Shown: positions 31,723 to 39,422 of the stretch, piece by piece
How the letters are laid out: each line of letters opens with the position of its first letter
Numbering within the stretch: position 1 is the stretch's first letter
Notes under the pieces: model-generated
The model's input: only the letters and a program-made list of their open reading frames with translations
What the model was told of the DNA's origin: nothing
The model's database searches: none
Made by a program: the position numbers and the translations under genes
IMG/VR virus record: IMGVR_UViG_3300045988_122807
DNA from: a virus
Length of the DNA stretch: 51,093 nt
Direction: 5' to 3' (one strand)

Positions 31723-31741
31723 GCCCGTGGCTCTACTATGG
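31718..31741 (+). repeat. 24-bp direct repeat, copy 2, abutting the integrase stop codon
   Basis: TTTTTGCCCGTGGCTCTACTATGG. Confidence 0.7.
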
Positions 31742-31743
31742 CT

Positions 31744-32796
31744 CTACGGCATCAAATCATCGAGCTTTTTGACCACTTCGCTGGTCGTGGATGGGTACAG
31801 GTGGCCGTAGGTCCTCAGGGTGGTTTCTACGTCCTCGTGGCCCAGCCTTTCGGACACCAGAAGAATGGGGGCGCCGCTGTTGATGAGGAGCGAGGCGTGG
31901 GAGTGTCTGAGGTCGTGCAGCCGAATGCGCTCCACCCCGGAGGCCTTGCACCCCTGGTTCATCTGGTGGTGGAAATAGTGCTTCGTGAAGGGGAACAGCC
32001 TATCGTCCGGCTGAGGCTCATACATGGCGGCCTCATACTGCCGGATCATGTCGCATAGCTTCTTGGGGAGGGGCACGGTGCGGTTTCCCTTCGGCGTCTT
32101 GGGCTCCGTGACCACTTCCTTCCCGTCTATCGTCTGGAAGCTCTTATTCACCGTCAGGGTGGCGGCCTCCAGGTCTATGTCCTCCAGGGTGAGGGCCAGC
32201 AGCTCCCCGATGCGGAGGCCCGTCCAGAACAGGACCGAGAAGCCCACCCTGGCCGGGAACTTCGGGACGCACTCGATGAACTGGTTGAACTGCTCCAGCG
32301 TCCAGAAGTGCATCTCCTGGGCCTTCTTCTTCCCGATGGAGCCGGCGACCCTGGCCGGATTTTCCCGGAGGCCATAGTACCTGACGGCGTAGTTGAAGAT
32401 GGCCGAGAGCTGATTATATATCGTCTTTACGTAGGTGGGCGAGTAGTTCTTCGACAGCAGCTCGGATTGCCATTTCCGCACATGGGCCGGGGTGATGTCG
32501 TTCACCTGGAGGTCCTGGAAGTAAGGCAGGATTTTCAGGTTTATCAAATACTCCTTGCTTCTCATGGTCGTTTCCCTGAGCCTCGGGCGCATATCGTCCA
32601 TGTAGAGCTCCACCATGGAGCCGAAGGTCATGCTGCAGGTCCTGGACCCCTTTTTCAGGAACTCCTCCTCGTAGGCCTCGGCGTCCTTCTTCCTGGCAAA
32701 GCCCCTCTTTTTCTTCTTCTTACGCTTCCCGGTCCAGTCCACATAGTAGAATTGGCAGTACCAGGTGCCGCGCTCCTGGTCTTTGTAAGCTGGCAT
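31744..32796 (-). CDS. int: Tyrosine recombinase / phage integrase
   Basis: N-terminal SAM-like domain. The C-terminus has ...RIGELLAL..., HDLRHSHASLLINSGAPILLVSERLGHEDVETTLRTYGHLY (the R..HxxR..Y catalytic set). Confidence 0.92.
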   Translation of the reverse strand: MPAYKDQERGTWYCQFYYVDWTGKRKKKKKRGFARKKDAEAYEEEFLKKGSRTCSMTFGSMVELYMDDMRPRLRETTMRSKEYLINLKILPYFQDLQVNDITPAHVRKWQSELLSKNYSPTYVKTIYNQLSAIFNYAVRYYGLRENPARVAGSIGKKKAQEMHFWTLEQFNQFIECVPKFPARVGFSVLFWTGLRIGELLALTLEDIDLEAATLTVNKSFQTIDGKEVVTEPKTPKGNRTVPLPKKLCDMIRQYEAAMYEPQPDDRLFPFTKHYFHHQMNQGCKASGVERIRLHDLRHSHASLLINSGAPILLVSERLGHEDVETTLRTYGHLYPSTTSEVVKKLDDLMP

Positions 32797-32851
32797 TTCA
32801 ACCCACCTCCGAGCCCCCGGACAGGCCTCTAAAATAATAACTTAAAAGATA

Positions 32852-32880
32852 TTGACAGGGCAATAACTTTTAAGTATAAT
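32852..32880 (+). promoter_or_regulatory. Consensus sigma-70 promoter (TTGACA-17-TATAAT) for the toxin-antitoxin operon
   Basis: TTGACA at 32852-32857 and TATAAT at 32875-32880. Flanked by AATAACTTAAAAG (32836-32848) and AATAACTTTTAAG (32862-32874). Confidence 0.7.
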
Positions 32881-32902
32881 GGAGCCAGAGGGGGGAAAGA
32901 TA

Positions 32903-33262
32903 TTGCACGAGATAATCTTCTACGAGGACCGTTCCGGCAGAGTGCCAGTCCTGGAGTATATGCAGGAACTCAGCAAGAGTAAGAGCAAGGACAGCCGTAT
33001 CAAGCTGTCCAAAATCCAGGACTATGTGAAGGTCCTTCGAGAGCATGGAACGTATGCCGGCGAGCCCTTTGTCAAGCATCTGGACGGCGAAATCTGGGAG
33101 TTACGCCCCCTCCGGGACAGGATACTTTTTGCCGGGGTGGTCGGCGGGCGGTTCGTCCTGCTGCATCAATTTTTGAAGCGGACCCAAAAGACCCCAGCCA
33201 GAGAGATTGAGCAGGCCAAGCGGGAGCTGGCCGACTTCAAGGAAAGGAGCGGTTTACAATGA
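32903..33262 (+). CDS. higB: HigB-like toxin (RelE/ParE superfamily; phage Gp49/DUF891-type)
   Basis: [20 protein letters not shown]...[51 protein letters not shown] prefer the TTG at 32903 (RBS GGGGGAAAG), because the ATG at 32879 lies inside the -10 box. Confidence 0.75.
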   Translation: MHEIIFYEDRSGRVPVLEYMQELSKSKSKDSRIKLSKIQDYVKVLREHGTYAGEPFVKHLDGEIWELRPLRDRILFAGVVGGRFVLLHQFLKRTQKTPAREIEQAKRELADFKERSGLQ

Positions 33263-33564
33263 GTGTTGAGTTAGGCGGAACCAAGTGGACTACTTGGGAC
33301 GATGTGGAGAAGGAGATGTTCACCCCGGAGGAAATCGCGGAAAGCGACCTCCGTGTGGCCCTCATTGGTGAGCTCATCAAGGCCCGCCAGGAGAAGGGCA
33401 TCAGCCAAAAGCAGCTGGAGGAGCTGAGCGGCGTCAAGCAGCCGGTCATTGCACGGATGGAGAAGGGCTACACCAGCCCCCAGCTCGACACCATCCTGAA
33501 GCTCCTCCTCCCCCTTGGGAAAACCCTGGCAATCGTCCCCCTGGGGAAGCCCCAGAAGGGATGA
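33259..33564 (+). CDS. higA: HigA-like antitoxin (XRE-family HTH)
   Basis: Overlaps the toxin stop. [32 protein letters not shown] is a canonical HTH_3 motif. Confidence 0.75.
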   Translation: MSVELGGTKWTTWDDVEKEMFTPEEIAESDLRVALIGELIKARQEKGISQKQLEELSGVKQPVIARMEKGYTSPQLDTILKLLLPLGKTLAIVPLGKPQKG

Positions 33565-33583
33565 GCCACTCGTTTAGATCACT

Positions 33584-33610
33584 GCCGCCCCGTGAGGGGC
33601 GGCTTTTTTT
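33584..33610 (+). terminator. Rho-independent terminator after the TA operon
   Basis: GCCGCCCC-GTGA-GGGGCGGC followed by TTTTTTT. Confidence 0.85.
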
Positions 33611-34076
33611 ATTTCCCCGCCTGGTCCCTCTCGTAGACCTCCTCGGCCCATTTATGAAAGACCTGATAGCCCGGCGCCTCCGGCACTCCCTCTGCCGGGT
33701 ATTCTGGCAAGTCGCACTTCCACCCCTGGCTGGAGCTGAAGGCCGGGACCATGTCCAGGCAGAAAGGGGCCCTGTGGTTTGCCCTTCCGTGGTTGAGGTA
33801 AAAACGTCCATCCACAAGGGTGAAGCACTTCCCGATGAGAGGAGCGCATAATTCGCAGGGCTCTACTCCCTCTGCTGAGACTATGCGGACCATCTGTACG
33901 TCGTAGTTCTTCCACTCATCCTGTGGGATGGCAAGAAGGTCCTCATAGGATACCGTCTCCTTCTTGGGGGCTGCTTTGATGGCCTCGACCTTCTCTGCCA
34001 GCTCCTTGTCGCTCAGTTCGCTGGGGTCCTTCCCAAACATATCCCGTAGGATACCCCCAAGGTCAATTCCTGCCAT
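33609..34076 (-). CDS. Hypothetical Cys/His-motif protein in the lysogeny module (moron position)
   Basis: I prefer the ATG at 34076 (MAGIDLGG...), which is preceded by GAAGGAGG. It contains PCELCAPLIGKCF...HRAPFCLD. Same orientation as the repressor. Confidence 0.55.
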   Translation of the reverse strand: MAGIDLGGILRDMFGKDPSELSDKELAEKVEAIKAAPKKETVSYEDLLAIPQDEWKNYDVQMVRIVSAEGVEPCELCAPLIGKCFTLVDGRFYLNHGRANHRAPFCLDMVPAFSSSQGWKCDLPEYPAEGVPEAPGYQVFHKWAEEVYERDQAGK

Positions 34077-34247
34077 GTGGAAAACCTCCTTCGCTTTCCT
34101 CTCCCAGCTAGGAGAGGAGAACATAATAATCATTGTCTATATACATACACTGTCTTAATAATTAAATAAGGTGTGAGGGGCGTATTCGTGGATAAAATGT
34201 CCAGGAATAGCCCGAAATACGGGGATAAATTATCCTCGTATTTTTGC

Positions 34248-34279
34248 AAATAGGTGGATTTTTTGTCCACCTATTTTTT
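34248..34279. terminator. Hairpin with flanking A/T tracts (bidirectional-type terminator) between the repressor and the downstream minus-strand gene
   Basis: AAATAGGTGGA-TTTTTTG-TCCACCTATTT followed by TTT. The T-tract is stronger on the + strand. Confidence 0.5.
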
Positions 34280-34356
34280 ATGCCTTCCTGCCCGTGTGGA
34301 AAACAATGTGGACGAAATGTGGAAAACTCAGCGGCCCTTCCTGAAGTCCACTCTGA

Positions 34357-34761
34357 TTATACGGCCTTCCCCTCGTCGTGGCGGGGGGCTGCCGTCTCTA
34401 TGGTATCGTCCGGAGCCATGGGTGCCACCATCTCCTGAAGGCGGCCAATCAATATGAGCTGCTGGCGCTCCGGGAGCTGTTCAAAAAGGGTTAGCATCTC
34501 CCTGGAGTTCTCCGGGAGGCTGGGGGCCTGCTGGCCTGTCCCCGCCGTCGGTATTTCCTCTGTACGCTCCAGAAGATAGTCAACAGAGCATTGGAGATAA
34601 TCGGCTATTTTTGCCAGAGTATCGGCCCTCGGCATGGAGTTTTTCATATGGACAAGGGTATTAAGGCTCATTTCCAGCTCCATCAACATGGCCTTGACTG
34701 AAGTATCGCGCCTCTTTGCCATATCTTTGATTCGGTCTGCGACGTTTGATGATTTATACAT
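34357..34761 (-). CDS. XRE-family HTH repressor (CI-like)
   Basis: Start at MYKSSNVADRIKDMAKRRDTSVKAMLMELEMSLNTLVHMKNSMPRADTLAKIADYLQCSVDYLL (HTH_3). Divergent from the early operon. No S24 peptidase domain seen. Confidence 0.75.
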   Translation of the reverse strand: MYKSSNVADRIKDMAKRRDTSVKAMLMELEMSLNTLVHMKNSMPRADTLAKIADYLQCSVDYLLERTEEIPTAGTGQQAPSLPENSREMLTLFEQLPERQQLILIGRLQEMVAPMAPDDTIETAAPRHDEGKAV

Positions 34762-34786
34762 AAAACGATACCCCCATTTGTTGATT

Positions 34787-34815
34787 ATTCCAAAATATGA
34801 AAATTTGTATATCAA
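34787..34815 (-). promoter_or_regulatory. Candidate repressor promoter (TTGATA-17-TGGAAT on the minus strand)
   Basis: The -35 is the reverse complement of 34810-34815 and the -10 is the reverse complement of 34787-34792. Lies about 20 nt upstream of the repressor start. Confidence 0.45.
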
Positions 34816-34818
34816 CGC

Positions 34819-34847
34819 TTGACGGTATCCCTATTTTGGTATATAGT
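34819..34847 (+). promoter_or_regulatory. Candidate early lytic promoter (TTGACG-17-TATAGT) overlapped by an inverted repeat
   Basis: TTGACG at 34819-34824 and TATAGT at 34842-34847. The inverted repeat TTTTGGTAT (34834-34842) / ATACCAAAA (34854-34862) spans the -10 and the start site. Confidence 0.6.
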
Positions 34848-34907
34848 AAGGCCATACCAAAACTTGTACACCGTTTTTAAGTAATATGAAAAAAAGGAGA
34901 AATAACC

Positions 34908-35549
34908 ATGAACACCTACAAAATCTCTTACCAGTTCCCCGGCAGCTCCTATGAGGACGCCGTGGTAACTGCCCCTGACCAGCGGGCGGCGGAGAAGGCT
35001 TTCAAGGCCTCTTTCAAGGGCACAGGCCTGAAGGCCCCCGACATCTTCAATGTGGAGCTGGTGGCTGAGAACACCCCGGCCACCAAGGACCAGGAGCGTG
35101 AGGCCCTGGAGAAAATCAAGGCCATCCTGGATACCCTGGGCCTGGACAGCTATGTGGGGACCGCCTTTGAGGGGTGCCTGGAGATTGCCGAGGAGAACAT
35201 CGAGAACGACTTTGCTTTCTCTATGAAGCAGAGAGTTGAGGCTGCGGTGGTCGAGAACAGCCGCCTGAAGGAGAGAGTCAAGGAGCTGGAGGATAAGCTG
35301 GCCGAGAGCGAGAAGGACTACGAGGCCGCCCACGCCGCCGCCCATCTGGTGGCCGATGAGAAGGACGCCGAAATCCAGAGGCTCAAAACCCAGGTCCAGG
35401 AACTCTCTGAAAAGCTGGCCTCTGCTGAAGAAGCCCTTGAAGATGCAAACGAGGAGGCCGGAAGTGCAGAAGCCCGGTCCGGGGAAGCCCAGGCAGAAAT
35501 CGTCCGCCTGAAGGCGAAGCTGTATGACTACATGACCGCCGGGGCCTGA
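34908..35549 (+). CDS. Hypothetical early protein with a C-terminal coiled coil
   Basis: First gene of the early operon. RBS cassette AAGGAGAAATAACCATG. Heptad-rich C-terminal half. Confidence 0.6.
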   Translation: MNTYKISYQFPGSSYEDAVVTAPDQRAAEKAFKASFKGTGLKAPDIFNVELVAENTPATKDQEREALEKIKAILDTLGLDSYVGTAFEGCLEIAEENIENDFAFSMKQRVEAAVVENSRLKERVKELEDKLAESEKDYEAAHAAAHLVADEKDAEIQRLKTQVQELSEKLASAEEALEDANEEAGSAEARSGEAQAEIVRLKAKLYDYMTAGA

Positions 35550-35580
35550 GAACCCCGGCCCCCTGAAAGGAGAAATAACC

Positions 35581-36042
35581 ATGTTCGATAAGAGCGGCGT
35601 AGAAATCCGCACCGGCCAGGTCGTGAAGGTCACCGGGGCCTTCTTCAAGAACGACAACGGCCTGTATTTCGTGGACAACTCCCCCGGCGACCCCTCCTGG
35701 AGTGGAAGCGACTACTCCCTGAAGAAGGTGTGCAGGAACGGGCGCCTCAGCAGCTCCGCGAGGAACATCTGCTTCTGGCCTATCGCTGTTTTCACCAATG
35801 ACCGGGCCAAGAACGCCCAGGCCGATGCCTGGAACCGGGAGCACTCCGAGATTGAGGTCGTGGCCCTCCCGGATATGTCTGGGGTCCTGGGCCACTTCCG
35901 GGAGAAGCTGGAGCAGATCACCACGACCATCCAGCGGCATATCTGGGACTTTGGAGAGGACGCCGAAGTGGTCCAGAGGGAAAAGGGCATCGCGGCCCAC
36001 TATGAGAACGTCATCCGCTTTATCGAGGGAAAGGAGTTTTAA
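35581..36042 (+). CDS. Hypothetical early protein
   Basis: RBS cassette GAAAGGAGAAATAACCATG. 153 aa. Confidence 0.6.
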   Translation: MFDKSGVEIRTGQVVKVTGAFFKNDNGLYFVDNSPGDPSWSGSDYSLKKVCRNGRLSSSARNICFWPIAVFTNDRAKNAQADAWNREHSEIEVVALPDMSGVLGHFREKLEQITTTIQRHIWDFGEDAEVVQREKGIAAHYENVIRFIEGKEF

Positions 36043-36044
36043 TC

Positions 36045-36335
36045 ATGGCGAAGAAGAAGGCCGAGCCCGTCATCACCTATACCGAAATCCTGGCTATCGC
36101 CGGGGAGTATATCCGGGGCACCGTGCTCAACCTCCGCAAGGAGGTTGAGCGGGTGGAAGGAATGGCGAATACTCCTGAGCGGAAAAAGATTGCCATGGAC
36201 ACTATCCGCATGAACAAGGACCAGCAGCTCTACCACATGGAGCGCCTGAAGGCCATCGAAACCCTGTACCGTATCCAGACCGGCACGGAGCTGGGCATCA
36301 CCGAGGAGCTGGGAGAGGAGGACGAGGACCAATGA
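36045..36335 (+). CDS. Hypothetical early protein with an acidic C-terminus
   Basis: Tightly coupled to neighbours. 96 aa. Confidence 0.55.
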   Translation: MAKKKAEPVITYTEILAIAGEYIRGTVLNLRKEVERVEGMANTPERKKIAMDTIRMNKDQQLYHMERLKAIETLYRIQTGTELGITEELGEEDEDQ

Positions 36336-36574
36336 GAGCCTGCGAGCTGCTGGAGCTCCTGGAGGAGCTTTGCGACCATGACCCCGATATGGAGGTCAAC
36401 ATTGCCTACCAGCCCCACTACCCCCTGGCGGCCCCTGTGTCCCACCTGAAGGTCCGGGGCGGGGAGGCCTACATCTGCGAGAGCGGCTACGGTGGTAACT
36501 GCTACGCCCCCGGGCACCTGTTCGATGACAACGAGAGCAGCATGGAGGACTACTACGGGGAGGACGAGGACTGA
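36332..36574 (+). CDS. Hypothetical acidic protein
   Basis: Overlapping ATGA start. 80 aa, ending DDNESSMEDYYGEDED. Confidence 0.5.
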   Translation: MRACELLELLEELCDHDPDMEVNIAYQPHYPLAAPVSHLKVRGGEAYICESGYGGNCYAPGHLFDDNESSMEDYYGEDED

Positions 36575-36786
36575 TGAGCTACCAGGAGGAACTGAGCGCC
36601 CGGTACGGCTGGCCCCTGGAGATACACAGCCGGGGATATGACGCCCACCTGGTAGACCTCCAGCCGCTGACCGGCGGCGAGGTGGCCGCCATCTACCGCT
36701 TCCCTGGAGGGGACAGCGTAGTGTTCGATGATGAAATCCGGGCCAGTTTGCCCGCTGAGGAAGGAGAAAACCATGGGACTGTATGA
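36574..36786 (+). CDS. Hypothetical protein
   Basis: TGATG coupling. 70 aa. Confidence 0.45.
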   Translation: MSYQEELSARYGWPLEIHSRGYDAHLVDLQPLTGGEVAAIYRFPGGDSVVFDDEIRASLPAEEGENHGTV

Positions 36787-37000
36787 GCTGTACCGCCTGG
36801 ACCGCCCGGAGGCGGTTGTCCAGACCGTGGAGGCCCGGACCTCTGAGGAGGCCCTGGAGCTGGCCGGGAACCGGCTGGCGCCCCTGTTTGGGGGAGCCGT
36901 TCAGGTATCCGTCCCCCTGTTGACCCTGGCCGCCCCCGTGGGGCTGCTGGGGGTCCGCCGGGGGGCCTCCCCCAGAAGGGAGGAGACGGACGAATGGTGA
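36773..37000 (+). CDS. Hypothetical protein
   Basis: ATG at 36773 follows GAAGGAGAAAACC. 75 aa. Confidence 0.45.
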   Translation: MGLYELYRLDRPEAVVQTVEARTSEEALELAGNRLAPLFGGAVQVSVPLLTLAAPVGLLGVRRGASPRREETDEW

Positions 37001-37170
37001 CCGCCGAAGCTCTGGACGCCGCTGTGGTGTTCCTGTTCTATGTGGCCGCCATCCTTCTGACCCTTGGCATCGGTGGCCTTGTGGCCGATTACATATTCCC
37101 CCACATCAAACCCCTGGAGCGGTTTCTGGACAGCCTCCCCATGATGGATGACGAGGAGGGCTCAGAGTGA
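36994..37170 (+). CDS. Candidate 58-aa single-pass membrane peptide
   Basis: Not in the track (below 60 aa). ATG follows GGGAGGAGACGG. VVFLFYVAAILLTLGIGGLVADYIF TM segment. Start and stop overlap the neighbouring genes. Confidence 0.4.
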   Translation: MVTAEALDAAVVFLFYVAAILLTLGIGGLVADYIFPHIKPLERFLDSLPMMDDEEGSE

Positions 37171-37463
37171 GCCGGTGCAAGTTCTGTGGGGGCCAAATCG
37201 ACTGGATATGGAGCCAGGAGCGCGGAGGCTATGTGAAGGTCGATGCCGAGCCGGTATTCGTGGACCTGAGCGGCGGAGAGGTCACCTTCATTACGGACGA
37301 GGGTGGAATACTCCATGGAAGGCTTGCGCCGGCCACCGGCGACCATACCGGCCAGGACGTGGCTTTTCTTCCCCACCATTGCGGTGGACATTCCAACTAT
37401 ACCAAAAACAAGACCAAAAAACAAGAGAAGGAGGCGAGACGGCGTGAAGAAGCCGAGAACTGA
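37167..37463 (+). CDS. Hypothetical protein with a CxxC...HHC motif
   Basis: GTG start overlapping the upstream stop. 98 aa with a Lys/Arg/Glu-rich tail. Confidence 0.45.
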   Translation: MSRCKFCGGQIDWIWSQERGGYVKVDAEPVFVDLSGGEVTFITDEGGILHGRLAPATGDHTGQDVAFLPHHCGGHSNYTKNKTKKQEKEARRREEAEN

Positions 37464-37653
37464 GTTCGGTGTGGAGTGCAAAATCTTTATGGCCGAGACG
37501 GGAATGACCGTCCGGGAGCTGGCCCAGGCCTCCGGCGTCAAGGAGAACACCCTTGTTGCGGCCATGGTCGGCAAAACCCCCGGCCATGACCTGGTGCCGG
37601 TGGTCAAGGGCTACATGGAAAAGCACCGCGGCGGAAAGGAGGCTGCCGTATGA
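37444..37653 (+). CDS. Small HTH (XRE-like) DNA-binding protein
   Basis: GTG follows AGGAGG. FGVECKIFMAETGMTVRELAQASGVKENTLVAAMVGK. Confidence 0.5.
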   Translation: MKKPRTEFGVECKIFMAETGMTVRELAQASGVKENTLVAAMVGKTPGHDLVPVVKGYMEKHRGGKEAAV

Positions 37654-37871
37654 GGACCGCCAAGGAAACCTTCTACTTCGTCGAGGACGTAATGAAGATG
37701 CTCGGCCTGTCCAGGTCGAAGGCCTATTCCATCATCAAGCAGTTCAATTCTGAGCTGGAGGAGCAAGGCTATTTCACCGTCCCTGGGCGTGTAAACCGGC
37801 GGTATTTTGATAGCCGCATGAACTATGAGCCGGAGCCGAAGTCGGCCCGCAAGCGGGCGCGGACGGCCTGA
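37650..37871 (+). CDS. HTH DNA-binding protein (excisionase/MerR-like HTH_17 type)
   Basis: FYFVEDVMKMLGLSRSKAYSIIKQFNSELEEQGYFTVPGRVNRRYF resembles Xis-type winged HTH proteins. Confidence 0.5.
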   Translation: MRTAKETFYFVEDVMKMLGLSRSKAYSIIKQFNSELEEQGYFTVPGRVNRRYFDSRMNYEPEPKSARKRARTA

Positions 37872-37894
37872 GAGAACCGAAAGGAGAAATAACC

Positions 37895-38272
37895 ATGTCA
37901 ATTTTCAAGGAGTGCCCCGTGTGTGGGGCTCACCTGGACCCCGGGGAGACCTGCAACTGCCGGGAGCCGAAACTGGTCACCTACGCCGACTGGGAAGCTG
38001 CCGGGAGCTTCGAGAAGGCCGCCTCCCCTGGTGACGCTGTGGAGGAGCGCATCGTGGACGAGTTCCTGAACTGTCTGCCGCCGGTGCGCCAGGAGAGGGG
38101 CTTCATCCAGTGCGGGGAGCCGTACAGCCATGAGTATGACCCGGAGACGGGACACTGGAAGGCCACCTTCGCCACCTTCCAGAAGCAGGGCGACACCTGG
38201 CATTACTGCGGCAACTGCTTCGCTGGGAAGTCTACCGAGCCGAAGAAGGCTCAGATCAGGGGGGTGCTGTGA
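37895..38272 (+). CDS. Hypothetical Cys-containing protein
   Basis: RBS cassette GAAAGGAGAAATAACCATG. CPVCG...CNC at the N-terminus and YCGNC near the C-terminus. Confidence 0.55.
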   Translation: MSIFKECPVCGAHLDPGETCNCREPKLVTYADWEAAGSFEKAASPGDAVEERIVDEFLNCLPPVRQERGFIQCGEPYSHEYDPETGHWKATFATFQKQGDTWHYCGNCFAGKSTEPKKAQIRGVL

Positions 38273-38315
38273 GGTGCACCGATACTATGTTACCAAACTA
38301 AATAAGGATGGCATC

Positions 38316-39377
38316 ATGGAATATCCTCCCCGCCCCATCCCTGATACCGTGGGCCACTATGGGGAGAACGGGATTGCCTTCGAGGGTATCTGCGGCCGCT
38401 TCTATGGCTTCGTGGAATACGAGAAGGAGCTGCCTGCCTTCGATGTAACCAACTTCGCCCTGGTCCCCGGACCGTCCCCCAGCTACTACCCCATTGACGA
38501 GGAGGCTGCCAGAAGGGCCCACGAGATGATGTCTTTCAGGGACTACCAGAAGGGGTCCAAGACGTGGCAGTACAGGGTCCGTGTGGACGAGGCCTCTATG
38601 ATTGCTGACCGCCAGAAGAAGCGCATCGACCCCATGTACCACGAGAAGGTGGACCGTCTCCTCGCCAGTTTCTCCCGGCGGCTGGCTGAGAACCTGAATG
38701 CAGAGAGCCGTATCGGGACCATGTGCCCCTCGGTCCTTATCTCTGGAGGGTCTAACTTCCCTGTCAGGAAGAAGCAGCGCCAGAATGAGGCATCCGAGCG
38801 GAACATGAAGGAGTACCAGGAAATCATGGGCCTTATTTCTCGAATCTGCTCTGTGGGTACCGGTGGCATCTCCTCTGATGAGCCACAGGCCATTGAGAAG
38901 CTAAAGCTCAAACTGGAGAAGCTGGAGAAGCACCAGGAACTGATGAAAGCGGCCAACGCCGCCATCCGAATGAAGGACCGGGGCAAGGGGGATGCCAAGC
39001 TGAAGGAGTTGGGCTACGCCCCTGACGAGATTACCGAGCTGCGGGCCCCTGACTTCTGCGGGAGGGTCGGCTATCCGGCCTATGAGCTGTCCAACAACTT
39101 GGCGAACATCAAGCGTATCCGGGAGCGCATTGCCTCCCTGGAGAAGCTGAAGGAGGCTCCGCCTGAAGGGTGGACCTTTGATGGGGGCCAGGTGGTGGTG
39201 AACACCGAGGAGAACCGGGTCCAGCTCATCTATGACGAGAAGCCTGATGCGGATACCAGGGCGAAGCTGAAGGCAAACGGCTTCAGGTGGGCGCCGTCCC
39301 AGAAGGCGTGGCAGAGGCAGCTCAATTCCGCTGGAATGTATGCCGCCCGTGAAGTGGCGCCGCCCGTCGAGGGCTGA
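38316..39377 (+). CDS. DUF3560-like protein
   Basis: The C-terminus RVQLIYDEKPDADTRAKLKANGFRWAPSQKAWQRQL matches my recollection of the DUF3560 ending. The start could be the ATG at 38316 or the GTG at 38274. Confidence 0.45.
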   Translation: MEYPPRPIPDTVGHYGENGIAFEGICGRFYGFVEYEKELPAFDVTNFALVPGPSPSYYPIDEEAARRAHEMMSFRDYQKGSKTWQYRVRVDEASMIADRQKKRIDPMYHEKVDRLLASFSRRLAENLNAESRIGTMCPSVLISGGSNFPVRKKQRQNEASERNMKEYQEIMGLISRICSVGTGGISSDEPQAIEKLKLKLEKLEKHQELMKAANAAIRMKDRGKGDAKLKELGYAPDEITELRAPDFCGRVGYPAYELSNNLANIKRIRERIASLEKLKEAPPEGWTFDGGQVVVNTEENRVQLIYDEKPDADTRAKLKANGFRWAPSQKAWQRQLNSAGMYAAREVAPPVEG

Positions 39378-39422
39378 CCCCCTGCAACCATTCCCATGAT
39401 ACCAGAAAGGAGGCTCTGCACT

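Noticed and set aside
31305-32058. Track ORFs 31305-31541 and 31349-31651 in the att region, and 31690-32058 antisense to int
   Set aside because: They have no RBS, their translations are Pro/Arg/Gly-rich junk, and they overlap the terminator or the integrase gene. The region is better explained as non-coding attP/regulatory DNA.
35581-39377. A hidden TET/JBP dioxygenase or hydroxymethylase among the early hypothetical proteins, which would complete a known 5hmC-glycosylation pathway
   Set aside because: None of the unassigned ORFs shows an HxD...H double-stranded beta-helix pattern of suitable length or a thymidylate-synthase-like motif. This cannot be excluded without profile searches.
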